A stretch of DNA of 61,637 nt, filler included, from Candidatus Fermentibacterota bacterium (lineage in GTDB: Bacteria; JAFGKV01): NCBI GenBank assembly GCA_016928395.1. It is 3 parts of 3 records of this genome, joined end to end, with 100 filler letters (N's around TTAATTAATTAA, not from the genome) between each part and the next. Parts side by side here need not be neighbours in the genome. Positions count along the whole stretch, not along the records: positions 47,122 to 61,637 come from JAFGKV010000175.1; 2 more parts are not named here. One strand, written 5' to 3'. Numbering within the stretch: position 1 is the first letter of the stretch; the number at the start of each line of letters is the position of its first letter. A program made the translations under genes and the position numbers. A model generated the notes under the pieces. The model had not been told where the DNA came from, made no database searches, and saw nothing but the letters and a program-made list of their open reading frames with translations. Shown here piece after piece: positions 50,010 through 59,263 of this stretch.

Positions 50010-51255
50010 TAGTCAGGAGATCGGAGTAGAGCGGGAATGCCTCGCACAACTCCCTGACCTTGGCCTTTACCGTGTTCATTTCGCTCTCGTCATCGATGTG
50101 GGTCAAGACCCGATCGATGAGTTCGGCGATGTGGCGCATCTGGGGCTCCTTCATGCCGCGGGTGGTCACCGCCGGCGTGCCGATGCGGAGCCCACTGGCG
50201 ATGAACGGCTTCTCGGGGTCAAAGGGTATGGTGTTCTTATTGACCGTGATGCCGGCCTTGTCCAATGCCTCCTCGGCCACCTTGCCGGTGAGCTTCTTGG
50301 GAATGAGGCTCACGAGGAAGAGGTGCGTATCGGTGCCGCCGCTTACGATGTGATAGCCCAGCTCAGCCATGGCCTGGGCGAAGGCGGCGGCATTGCGGCG
50401 CACCTGCTTCTGGTATGCGCGGAACTCCTCGGTCATGGCCAGCTTGAAGCACACGGCCTTTGCGGCGATGACGTGCATGAGGGGGCCGCCTTGGGTGCCG
50501 GGGAAGTTCTGAGAGTTGATCCCTTTGGCGAACTCCTGTTTCATGAGGATGAGCCCGCCCCTCGGTCCGCGCAATGTTTTGTGGGTCGTGCTGGTCACGA
50601 TGTCGGCAAAGGGAACCGGTGAAGGATGCTCACCGGCCGCGACCAAACCCGCGATATGGGCCATATCTACCACCAGGCGCGCGCCCACCTCATCGGCAAT
50701 ACTGCGGAAGGCGGCGAAGTCTAACGTGCGTGGATAGGCGCTGGCTCCGGCAACGATAAGCCTCGGGCGGGCCTCCTGCGCCACCTTGCGCAGCTCGTCA
50801 TAGTCGAGTTGCTCCGTGGCCTGACTGACGCCGTACTGCACCACCTTGAAAAAACGGCCCGAGAAGTTGACGGGATGCCCGTGGCTCAGGTGACCGCCGT
50901 GGGAAAGGTTCATTCCCAACAAGGTGTCGCCGGGATTGGCCACGGAGAAGTAGGCGGTCATGTTGGCCTGGGTGCCCGAGTGTGGCTGCACATTTGCGGC
51001 GTCTGCCCCGAAAAGCTCCTTGGCTCGTTCCCGGGCGAGATTTTCAGCAACGTCAACGTTCACGCACCCGCCATAGTAACGCTTCCCAGGATAGCCTTCC
51101 GCGTACTTGTTGGTCATCACCGAGCCCGTGGCTTCCAGCACGGCACGGCTGGTGAAGTTCTCGCTGGCGATGAGCTCCAGGGTCGTGATCTGGCGCACGA
51201 CTTCAGCACGTATCGCCTCGAAAATCTCAGGATCGACCATCTTCAGGTGCTTCAT
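50002..51255 (-). CDS. glyA: Serine hydroxymethyltransferase
   Basis: [29 protein letters not shown] and [12 protein letters not shown]. Confidence 0.98.
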   Translation of the reverse strand: MKHLKMVDPEIFEAIRAEVVRQITTLELIASENFTSRAVLEATGSVMTNKYAEGYPGKRYYGGCVNVDVAENLARERAKELFGADAANVQPHSGTQANMTAYFSVANPGDTLLGMNLSHGGHLSHGHPVNFSGRFFKVVQYGVSQATEQLDYDELRKVAQEARPRLIVAGASAYPRTLDFAAFRSIADEVGARLVVDMAHIAGLVAAGEHPSPVPFADIVTSTTHKTLRGPRGGLILMKQEFAKGINSQNFPGTQGGPLMHVIAAKAVCFKLAMTEEFRAYQKQVRRNAAAFAQAMAELGYHIVSGGTDTHLFLVSLIPKKLTGKVAEEALDKAGITVNKNTIPFDPEKPFIASGLRIGTPAVTTRGMKEPQMRHIAELIDRVLTHIDDESEMNTVKAKVRELCEAFPLYSDLLTSE

Positions 51256-51272
51256 TCCCAGGCTCCTTTAGG

Positions 51273-53174
51273 TCACGGCCCTTCGAGGGCCGGCGTTGCG
51301 CAAGGGTCGGTCTCACCGGGTTGGCTGCGGGCATCCGTGGCCAACACCCGGTAATACCCCTGTGTGGTATTCAGAAATGGCTCACGTACAAGAAAACACG
51401 TATCGGCGACGGCTGCCAGTAGCCTGCCCGGTTCGACGGCGTATGGCATCGGGATCTGATAGACGAGATACCTGGCTGCTCCGTTCATCCGCCGCCACGA
51501 CAGGAGTAGGTCGTGTCCGGTCTTCTCGCAGCACAACTCCAGCGGCGGATTCCCATTGGCGAGGGTGACCGTCATTGAGTCTACGGCGGCATTGCCGGAG
51601 GCATCGCGGGCCGTGACTCGCACCACGTACTGGCCGTCCGGCAGGAGGGCGGTGTTGAAGGAATTCGCGTCGTCGCTGGGTTCGGGGATACCGGTGCCAT
51701 TGCTGTTGGTGAGAATGTGGTAGAAGCGGCGGTCATCGTAGTCACCGGCCGTGGGGCATACCGTATCATGTTTCCAGAGGACGGGAACGATGAGTTCATC
51801 GAACGCGCCACCCTGATAGACGTCGATTTCACCGTCGAAGTAGACCGCCAGGCGGTCGTCGACCACCGGGAATGACGGGGCATCCTGCGGATAGATATGG
51901 TAGCGGATTTCCTGGGCGCAGACGACCCATGAGCTCTTTATTCGATCGCCGACATGGGCGATGATATCCACGAGGCCGGCGAGTGAATCTGGGGCCAAAT
52001 AGGTCGATGTGTTGTCGTCGCAGAAGGCCAGGAGGGCGCCGTTGGCCTCATCGAAAAACGGCGGATCCGTCTCCTGGATCTCGGTGGCCAAGAGCAGGGG
52101 GTTCCCGGTGCAAAGCCATTGACCGTTCCACGTGGTTCCTTGGTCGGCGATCCGCGCGAAATGGAGATGGGTGAAATCAGCCACGGGCCACGGTATCAAG
52201 GCACCGAGGTAGTCGCCCTGGGCCACCGTGTCTCCTACACTCACTGCGATGCTGGGCAGGTCTAGATGGGCGTACAACCACCCCTCTGAGGGGGCCGGCC
52301 CTGCCGAATCGCCGATGGCCACCCGCCAGTGATACGACCCTGAGGTAGTAAGCACCGCTTTGACCGCCCCGGGCGCGACGGCATACACGGGCTCGTAATG
52401 GCTTCCCAGGAGGTCCACGCCCGGATGGCGGTAGGGGGTGACTCCGTACTTCTGATACTCACCGTAGCTGTTGCCGATGGGCGGCAGCGTGTCAGGAAGG
52501 AATGGCGATGGGAATCCACGGGAACGAACCTTGCGTGGAACGGGTGACACGGCCCGCATTGAATCCCGTCTCATGGCAGTGCCGTCCCATTGTGCCCATA
52601 CTACCCAGTCGTTGACGCGGGAACAACCACGGATGATGCATCGGGCTGCGTGCGCGTCACCTCCACACCAGGTGATGCGCTCACCGGGTTCGATCCGCAG
52701 TACTGAGGCTCTTCCATTGCCGTCAACCAGATAGGCCTCTGCACTCGTTGCCGCCAGGAGTCCCTCAGGGGTCCATGTCATGCCAACCACCGGGCGGGGC
52801 AAAACCGTGGATCTTTGAACGCCGCCTGCTTGGATTCTGATCGCGGATCCTTGCGCAATCGCCACGGCGCCCGAGCTGACTGCATAGGGAGAACCGGCCG
52901 CATAGGCCGCCACCGGCCTCCCTTGCCCGTCCAAGACCTCAAGGCGATCGCCGGCCAAGAATGCAAACAACAGACGGTCAGGGGAGACCTGTGGGCTGCG
53001 GAATGCAGAGCGCGTCAGGGTGTGCAGCGTGTCACCGGCGCGGGTGGTGAACGCCATCCGGCAGAAGCCCCCCGCGTTCACCTCCACCCGCACCATGCCA
53101 TGGCGGGTTGAGAATGAGTCGGTGTGTGCCGCAAGGGAGACGCAGACGAGCAAGGCTGCGGCGCAGCTAGTCAT
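51273..53174 (-). CDS. Secreted M23-family metallopeptidase with accessory beta domains
   Basis: Signal peptide; HPGVD (HxxxD), YAHL and HLH; C-terminal Ig/Fn3-like LPDGQYVVRVTARDASGN. Confidence 0.78.
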   Translation of the reverse strand: MTSCAAALLVCVSLAAHTDSFSTRHGMVRVEVNAGGFCRMAFTTRAGDTLHTLTRSAFRSPQVSPDRLLFAFLAGDRLEVLDGQGRPVAAYAAGSPYAVSSGAVAIAQGSAIRIQAGGVQRSTVLPRPVVGMTWTPEGLLAATSAEAYLVDGNGRASVLRIEPGERITWCGGDAHAARCIIRGCSRVNDWVVWAQWDGTAMRRDSMRAVSPVPRKVRSRGFPSPFLPDTLPPIGNSYGEYQKYGVTPYRHPGVDLLGSHYEPVYAVAPGAVKAVLTTSGSYHWRVAIGDSAGPAPSEGWLYAHLDLPSIAVSVGDTVAQGDYLGALIPWPVADFTHLHFARIADQGTTWNGQWLCTGNPLLLATEIQETDPPFFDEANGALLAFCDDNTSTYLAPDSLAGLVDIIAHVGDRIKSSWVVCAQEIRYHIYPQDAPSFPVVDDRLAVYFDGEIDVYQGGAFDELIVPVLWKHDTVCPTAGDYDDRRFYHILTNSNGTGIPEPSDDANSFNTALLPDGQYVVRVTARDASGNAAVDSMTVTLANGNPPLELCCEKTGHDLLLSWRRMNGAARYLVYQIPMPYAVEPGRLLAAVADTCFLVREPFLNTTQGYYRVLATDARSQPGETDPCATPALEGP

Positions 53175-53190
53175 AGCGTGTTTTCCAGCG

Positions 53191-55107
53191 TCACGAGGCG
53201 CCTCCGTGTCGCTTCGGCAGGCGGCCCGCCAAAGCCGTCGCGCCTCCCGAGCCACCTTCGGGTTCGACCGGGCACGGCAGCTCGAGGGTCGCCGTCGTGC
53301 CCTTGCCCACGGTGCTGCTGATATCGAGCTGGCCGTTGTGATCCGATATGATGCGGTTGCAGATGGACAGCCCAAGCCCGGATCCCTGGGCCTTGGTGGA
53401 GAAGAACGGAGTAAAAACGTGGCCGAGGTTCTCGGGGGCGATGCCCTCTCCCGTATCGCTGACCTCGATGCGCACGGTAGCGGTCTCCGGCCGCTCTCCG
53501 GCCCGCACCATCAGCTCCCCACCTTCCGGCATGGCTTCCACTGCATTGAGGAAGAGGTTCAGCAGCACCTGCTGGATCTGTGCTTCATCCATCAGGGCAA
53601 CGGGGGAGGGCGTGGGCAGTTCCAGGCGAACCGTTACGCCCTGATCAGACGCTCTTGTACCCATGCCCTGCACAGCGTGCGCAACGGCCTTGTCAATAGG
53701 GCAGGGTTCAATCTTCGATTTGGCCGGTCGGCCCAAGGTGAGCAGATCCTGTACGATGCGGTTTACCCGGGTGATCTGTTCGACGATGGTCTCGGTATGG
53801 CGTTTCGCACGAGGATCAGAAGGGGAGAGACTCCCAAGGATTTGCACACCGGTCAGCATGCTGGCCAGCGGATTTCGTATCTCATGGGCCATGCCTGCGG
53901 CCATTGCGCCCAAAGAGGCCAACTGGTCGGCGCGGCGGACCCGTTCCTCTAGCCGCTTCACCCCTGAGAGATCCTGAAAGACCAACACCGAACCGCTCGC
54001 CACCTCGTCGTCCGGCTCGATGGGAGCCACGCTCACGCCTAACATCATCGATTTCCCACCGGGCAGTCGTACCTTCTGTTCCATACGCATGGCAGGCTCA
54101 CCCGTCTTGATGGCCCGGACCAAGGCATCGTCCTTCTTCAAGCCCAGAAGCGACGCCGCGTCCCGTCCCAGGGCTTGTTTCTCGGTGAGGGCTAGCACCG
54201 AGACGCCCTGACGGTTTATGGAGAACACCGTGCCTTCGCTGTCCAACACCATGATGCCCGAGGGCACATGGGCCAGAAGCCTGGCGACGGTTCGCTTGAA
54301 ACTTGACTCACCAGCTCCGGAAAAAAGGGCGCCAGCCAATGTGGATAACGCGGCGGCCCTGTGTCGCTCCCCCGCCCCAAACGGTGAGCCGTCCAAGCCC
54401 TGCACGAGAAGCAGGTATGCCCTGGTCCTTCCCAGTCTCAGTGGCGCCACCAAGACCTCACCACGGGAGCGGAGTTCATACTCATCACTGGGCAACCGTT
54501 CCCTGACGATGTGCGGTTGGGTGGCATCAACCAGTCCCTGCAGCGGGCAGCCGGGGTACACCACTCGATCCACCAAGGCCGCGCCCGAGAGGTCGCCGCA
54601 TTCGGCCAGAGTCACCAAGGCTGAGTCCCGGACTTCGGCCAGTCGCGCAAAACGGCAGCCCACCAGCTTTCGCGCTGCCTCAACAATGATCTCGTCGGTG
54701 ATCCCATTCGTCGAGCCTTGGGGCCGGGTGGCTGAAGGAGGCTCCCAGACCAGGCCATTACTCCACAACCTGGTGAGTCGGAAATACAGCTCCTCCGGCG
54801 TGTACGGCTTGATGAGGACTTCCCACCCCGCAATGGTGGCACGGTCGAAGACCTCTTCGTTTCGGGAAGAACTCCCAGTCAGCACGACACATTGCGAGGA
54901 GGCTTCCAGTCTCGCCAGGCCATCCGCACCGGTCTGATCGATGTCGACGATGGCAGTGGCACCCACCCAGCGTGGGTTGCCGGGATCAGGGAGATCGGCC
55001 ATCGAACGGCAGACCAACACAGATGCACCCTTGGAGGCCAAGAAGCCTTCGACCCACGTCTCGAAATGCCGTGTCTCCAGCAGGTAGATTTGCGCGAGCT
55101 CAGGCAC
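53191..55107 (-). CDS. Hybrid sensor histidine kinase (degenerate REC-GAF-PAS-HisKA-HATPase)
   Basis: AHEIRNPL, QVLLNLFLNAVEAM, DTGEGI, PFFSTK and GSGLGL; N-terminal IVDID..VLTG..KPY. Confidence 0.92.
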   Translation of the reverse strand: MPELAQIYLLETRHFETWVEGFLASKGASVLVCRSMADLPDPGNPRWVGATAIVDIDQTGADGLARLEASSQCVVLTGSSSRNEEVFDRATIAGWEVLIKPYTPEELYFRLTRLWSNGLVWEPPSATRPQGSTNGITDEIIVEAARKLVGCRFARLAEVRDSALVTLAECGDLSGAALVDRVVYPGCPLQGLVDATQPHIVRERLPSDEYELRSRGEVLVAPLRLGRTRAYLLLVQGLDGSPFGAGERHRAAALSTLAGALFSGAGESSFKRTVARLLAHVPSGIMVLDSEGTVFSINRQGVSVLALTEKQALGRDAASLLGLKKDDALVRAIKTGEPAMRMEQKVRLPGGKSMMLGVSVAPIEPDDEVASGSVLVFQDLSGVKRLEERVRRADQLASLGAMAAGMAHEIRNPLASMLTGVQILGSLSPSDPRAKRHTETIVEQITRVNRIVQDLLTLGRPAKSKIEPCPIDKAVAHAVQGMGTRASDQGVTVRLELPTPSPVALMDEAQIQQVLLNLFLNAVEAMPEGGELMVRAGERPETATVRIEVSDTGEGIAPENLGHVFTPFFSTKAQGSGLGLSICNRIISDHNGQLDISSTVGKGTTATLELPCPVEPEGGSGGATALAGRLPKRHGGAS

Positions 55108-55365
55108 ACCCGCCTCCGGGCTTGGGTCGCGAGGAGTTGCCGGTTCTCAGTTTCGGAATCCATCAATCCATTCATCCAGCGCGCCGGACGAGCGGATGAC
55201 TGGATGGTATCCGTGCCTTCATCATTCCATGCGGAGACAAGATAGACACAACCAAAGGCGCCGCCACTTGTGTCGCCTCACGATGTTCTTGACCTACTGC
55301 GCCGGGGGCCTACCTTTCAACACTTGCCGCCAGTGATGAGGGGTACGCAGTACGAGGTAATCGCG

Positions 55366-56637
55366 ATGGAAGAGTACGACAGTAGTGACCATGCACCGGG
55401 CAGCGCTCGCCGGGCGGTCCTCATAGTAGACGATGAGGTGACCTTTCGTCGTTCGCTGGCCGAGGGGATTTCGCTTCTCAGTGGGGACAGGTACCAGCCG
55501 GTATGCGTGGGTTCCGTCGACCAGGCATTGGCCCTGTTGCGGAATCGCCAGTTTGCCGCATTGGTGACCGATATCCGGATGCCGGGCAAGGACGGGCTCC
55601 AGCTTCTCCTGGAGATGAAACGCCATTCGATTCGGGTGCCAACCTTGGTGACTACTGCATACGGATCGCCAGCGGTGCACGCCCAGGCGGCCCGGAGCGG
55701 GGCAATACGCTACATAGAGAAGCCCTTCCCCCTGGAGCAGCTTATCGACTTCCTTGATGGTGTGATGGAGAGCGCCTCTGCAGGACGGGTGAAGACGCTG
55801 GACCTGATCGAGGTGGTGGAAATGCTCTGCATGGGGGGGCGGGACATACGTGTCGGGGTGCGCACGAGGGATCTGCAGGGATCCATTTTCATCAAGAGCG
55901 GCGAAATCGTACATGCGGTTGTCGGTGACCGTACCGGTGGCGACGTATTGCTGGAACTTCTGGCATTACCCCAGTCTCAGATATCGACCGATCCCGGTGA
56001 AGAGCCCCCGGCAGTCACCATTAATCAACCCTGGCGGGAGCTGACGGAAGAAGCGTGGCGTCGGCGGACTCTGGCGTTGCCCCCCCGCCCACTCGTCGCA
56101 CCGACACCCGTCTTGACCAGACAGGAAGAGGCCCCGGCGGAGCGATCGATCGAAGAGTATCCCGAGGAGTCTGGCTCCGGAACCGAGATTGCGCAGGAGG
56201 CGCCGGCCCCCGCAGAGCATCCGGCGCCGCAGACCGAGCCGTTCTGGGCGAGCGTGGCAATGGGCGATCTGGCGGCACGGCTCGGCTCCGCGCTGGGACT
56301 CATTCGTGCGCCGGTAACCGTCCGGCTCGATGATGCCGAGCATGCCGGAGTGCTCCTGGTTATCCAGGGGAGCGACCGCGTTGGCTCAGCCTTGGGAGCG
56401 GGCGCGTTGCTGGGCGCTGTAGTCAAGACTGCGGATGCGACGATGGTGTATGCACCCACAGGGGAGTTTCTTGCCACGAAGGCCATTTGCGTGGGGCCAT
56501 CTCTGCCCGAACGTAGGCTGTATGGGCTGGCCAAGGGGCTTTGCCCCTCGGGGCTTGGGCCGGCAGACACAACGCGGTGGAGGTCGTTGACCAAGGAAGA
56601 GAATCAGGAACAAGGGGGTACTAATGGAGCCCCGTGA
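55366..56637 (+). CDS. Response regulator with DUF4388 (PATAN-like) domain
   Basis: LIVDDE, VTDIRMPGKDG, TAYGS and EKPF; then LIEVVEMLC..GSIFIKSGEIVHA and a Pro/Glu-rich linker. Confidence 0.85.
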   Translation: MEEYDSSDHAPGSARRAVLIVDDEVTFRRSLAEGISLLSGDRYQPVCVGSVDQALALLRNRQFAALVTDIRMPGKDGLQLLLEMKRHSIRVPTLVTTAYGSPAVHAQAARSGAIRYIEKPFPLEQLIDFLDGVMESASAGRVKTLDLIEVVEMLCMGGRDIRVGVRTRDLQGSIFIKSGEIVHAVVGDRTGGDVLLELLALPQSQISTDPGEEPPAVTINQPWRELTEEAWRRRTLALPPRPLVAPTPVLTRQEEAPAERSIEEYPEESGSGTEIAQEAPAPAEHPAPQTEPFWASVAMGDLAARLGSALGLIRAPVTVRLDDAEHAGVLLVIQGSDRVGSALGAGALLGAVVKTADATMVYAPTGEFLATKAICVGPSLPERRLYGLAKGLCPSGLGPADTTRWRSLTKEENQEQGGTNGAP

Positions 56638-56953
56638 AGTCGTTGAGGCCTTGGGGGGATTTGCCGGGGTATCCGGCGCTCTGATATGTGACGGAAGCGC
56701 CACCATCCTGGCGGAGAGCGGCACGGCCAATGCGGGGGCCGTAGCCGCGGCCACGGCATTTGTGCTAGCCTGCGGCACGAAGCTCGGCGATGCGCTGGCC
56801 TTGGGTGATGTGCTCTATGTCGTTGCGGGATCGACACAGAGGCGAGTCGGGTTCATTCGGGGACCCGCGAACCTCGTCGCCTTGGAGGCTTCATCCCCGG
56901 CTGCTGCGACTCGGGCATGCCAGGAGGCCAGGGTCGTGCTGCGGGAACGGTAG
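56624..56953 (+). CDS. Roadblock/LC7 (MglB-like) protein
   Basis: 109 aa with the alpha-beta-beta-alpha pattern LGGFAGVSGALICDGSATIL..GDALALGDV. Confidence 0.6.
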   Translation: MEPREVVEALGGFAGVSGALICDGSATILAESGTANAGAVAAATAFVLACGTKLGDALALGDVLYVVAGSTQRRVGFIRGPANLVALEASSPAAATRACQEARVVLRER

Positions 56954-56980
56954 CCGTCACACTGAAAGGAAAGGAACCAC

Positions 56981-57652
56981 ATGGTACGAGAGCAGATGGC
57001 GCAGGTGGCGGCCACATCCGGCGTCATGGGATGCTGCCTCTTGGCACGGGATGGGAACGTTCTGGTGAACATGCTGCCGGCGTTTCTCTCATCGGAGGAG
57101 ATCCACACTGCGGCGGATACCGTGGTGGAGACGCTCCTGGGCCTGGAATCTCTGGAGGAAGGCGCCTGGGAGGTCGACATGGCCTTCGCCGAGGTCTTGT
57201 GCGTGGTGCGGCCCGTGGGCAATGCGATACTCGTGCTGCTGTGCGACCCAGACGCCAACCTCCCTGTGCTGAAACTCAGCATGAATGTGGCGGCCAAACG
57301 TATCGCCGCGGCACCCCACCAGGAGTTCGCCGAACTCCTGAGAGCGGCTTCCGCGGAGCCGCCGGGCCCGGTGGATGCTTCGTCAGATGAACTGCTGCCG
57401 GCTGAGGCCGTTCGCGCGGTGATCGCCACGGTGAGGGGCCAATTGGTGCAAGGCGTGGGGACTGACGCCGTGGTGGACCAGATCCTGCGGGCTACCGGGT
57501 TGAATCTCGATGCGCCGACGCGGCCAGGCCTCAGGGCTGCGCTCAACGATATTTTAGAGAAGGGGATCGGGATATCCATGGGCCGCGCCGAGGCGACCCG
57601 GTGGTTGAACCAATTGGTGAAGCAGCACGGTCTCGCCAAACCTGGATCCTGA
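56981..57652 (+). CDS. Roadblock/LC7 (MglB-like) protein with helical C-terminal extension
   Basis: SGVMGCCLLARDGNVL and LVLLCDPDANLPVLKLSMN. Confidence 0.7.
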   Translation: MVREQMAQVAATSGVMGCCLLARDGNVLVNMLPAFLSSEEIHTAADTVVETLLGLESLEEGAWEVDMAFAEVLCVVRPVGNAILVLLCDPDANLPVLKLSMNVAAKRIAAAPHQEFAELLRAASAEPPGPVDASSDELLPAEAVRAVIATVRGQLVQGVGTDAVVDQILRATGLNLDAPTRPGLRAALNDILEKGIGISMGRAEATRWLNQLVKQHGLAKPGS

Positions 57653-57751
57653 GAATCCCCCTGTGTTTCCCGGGGCACGGTGCAGCGCCGGCCGAATCCG
57701 CGCCGCTACGTTGCTCTCGTACGCCCCCTTTCCATCTCATTTCGGAGGATG

Positions 57752-59248
57752 ATGGTCGTGAGAATTCTCATCTGTCTCGTCTGCACATTTCTAACCCTGG
57801 CCACGGCCGCCCGGGCCGATTCCTACCGCGATCTCGAGAAACGGGTGACGGAGTACCGGCTGCCGAACGGCCTCACCTTTCTGTTTCTTCCCCGCGGCTC
57901 TGCCCCGGTGTTCTCCTTTGCCACCGTGGTCAATGCGGGGGCGGTCAATGAGCAGTACGGCATCGGTGGCCTGGCCCACATGATGGAGCACATGGCATTC
58001 AAGGGCACCAAGGTTGTGGGTACTACCGATTACCCCGCCGAGGAAGAGGCACTGCGGCGTGTAGATGGCGCGTATGTCGCCCTTTTGGAAGAGCGGCGAC
58101 AGGGCGTCCGGGCCGATTCGACGGCCCTGGCGCGGCTCCTGGCCGAGTTCCGTGAGGCCCAGCACACGGCGGATGAGTTCGTCGTCCACAATGAGTTTTT
58201 CAAGATCCTGGACGAGCATGGGGCCGAGGGTGTGAACGCAGGCACCGGTGCTGATCTGACCATGTACCACTATGCGCTTCCCTCCAACAAGCTGGAGCTG
58301 TTCGCCATGCTGGAGAGCGACCGCATGGCGAATACCGTGTTTCGTGAGTTCTACAAGGAGAACGAGGTGGTTCAGGAGGAGCGCCGGATGCGGTCGGAAT
58401 CCACGGCCGGCGGCCGCCTTATGGACGAGTTCCTCTCGGCAGCCTACAAGGAGCACCCTTACGGGCACGGCATTATCGGCACGCCTTCGGATCTGCAGAA
58501 CTTCACCAGGGCCGACGGGGCTCGCTTCTGGAACACCTACTACATAGCAAACAACATGACCGTGGCCGTGGTGGGCGATGTGAATATTGCGCAGGCCCAG
58601 GAAGACGTGGAGCGGTATTTCTCAATCGTGCCGTCCGGGCCGCCGCCGCCGCCGGTTGTCACCGAAGAGCCGCCCCAGATGGCTGAGCGCCGGGTCATCA
58701 TCGAAGATCCCGCGCAGCCGTTTCTACTCATCGGCTATCACGTGCCCGATGAGAATCATCCCGACTTTCTCGCATGCCAGGCGGTGATCGACGTCTTGGC
58801 AGAGGGAAGGAGTTCCCGGGCATACCGCCGGCTGGTCAAGGAGAGCGCACAAGCCGTGCAAGTCGGCGGATTCGTGGGTTACCCTGGATCTCAATATCCC
58901 ACCATCGCTCTGGTCTACGCCGCAGCGTCATCAGGCACGTCAATCCATGACCTTGAGGCAGCCGTCCACGAGGTGGTGGCGACCATGGTGAACGATCCCG
59001 TCACGGCAGAAGAACTTGCCGGCTTCAAAGCCCGGGCCAAGGCGCGCTTTCTCAAGGGGCTGCGCTCCGATGCCGGGCTGGCCATGCAACTGGCGCGTTT
59101 TCAGGAGTTTAGGGGCGGGTGGCGAAATCTCTTCACCTATCTGCGAGAAGTCGACGCCCTGACCGAGGCCGACTGCGCTCGGGTGGCAGAGCAAGTCCTA
59201 CGGCGCACTAATCGTACCGTCGGGCTCATCCAACCGCCGCAGCAGTAG
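57752..59248 (+). CDS. M16 zinc peptidase, catalytic subunit
   Basis: Signal peptide; LPNGL, GLAHMMEHMAFKGT (HxxEH), LESDRM, EERRMR and HPYG. Confidence 0.93.
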   Translation: MVVRILICLVCTFLTLATAARADSYRDLEKRVTEYRLPNGLTFLFLPRGSAPVFSFATVVNAGAVNEQYGIGGLAHMMEHMAFKGTKVVGTTDYPAEEEALRRVDGAYVALLEERRQGVRADSTALARLLAEFREAQHTADEFVVHNEFFKILDEHGAEGVNAGTGADLTMYHYALPSNKLELFAMLESDRMANTVFREFYKENEVVQEERRMRSESTAGGRLMDEFLSAAYKEHPYGHGIIGTPSDLQNFTRADGARFWNTYYIANNMTVAVVGDVNIAQAQEDVERYFSIVPSGPPPPPVVTEEPPQMAERRVIIEDPAQPFLLIGYHVPDENHPDFLACQAVIDVLAEGRSSRAYRRLVKESAQAVQVGGFVGYPGSQYPTIALVYAAASSGTSIHDLEAAVHEVVATMVNDPVTAEELAGFKARAKARFLKGLRSDAGLAMQLARFQEFRGGWRNLFTYLREVDALTEADCARVAEQVLRRTNRTVGLIQPPQQ

Positions 59249-59263
59249 GAAGCGAGGACAACC

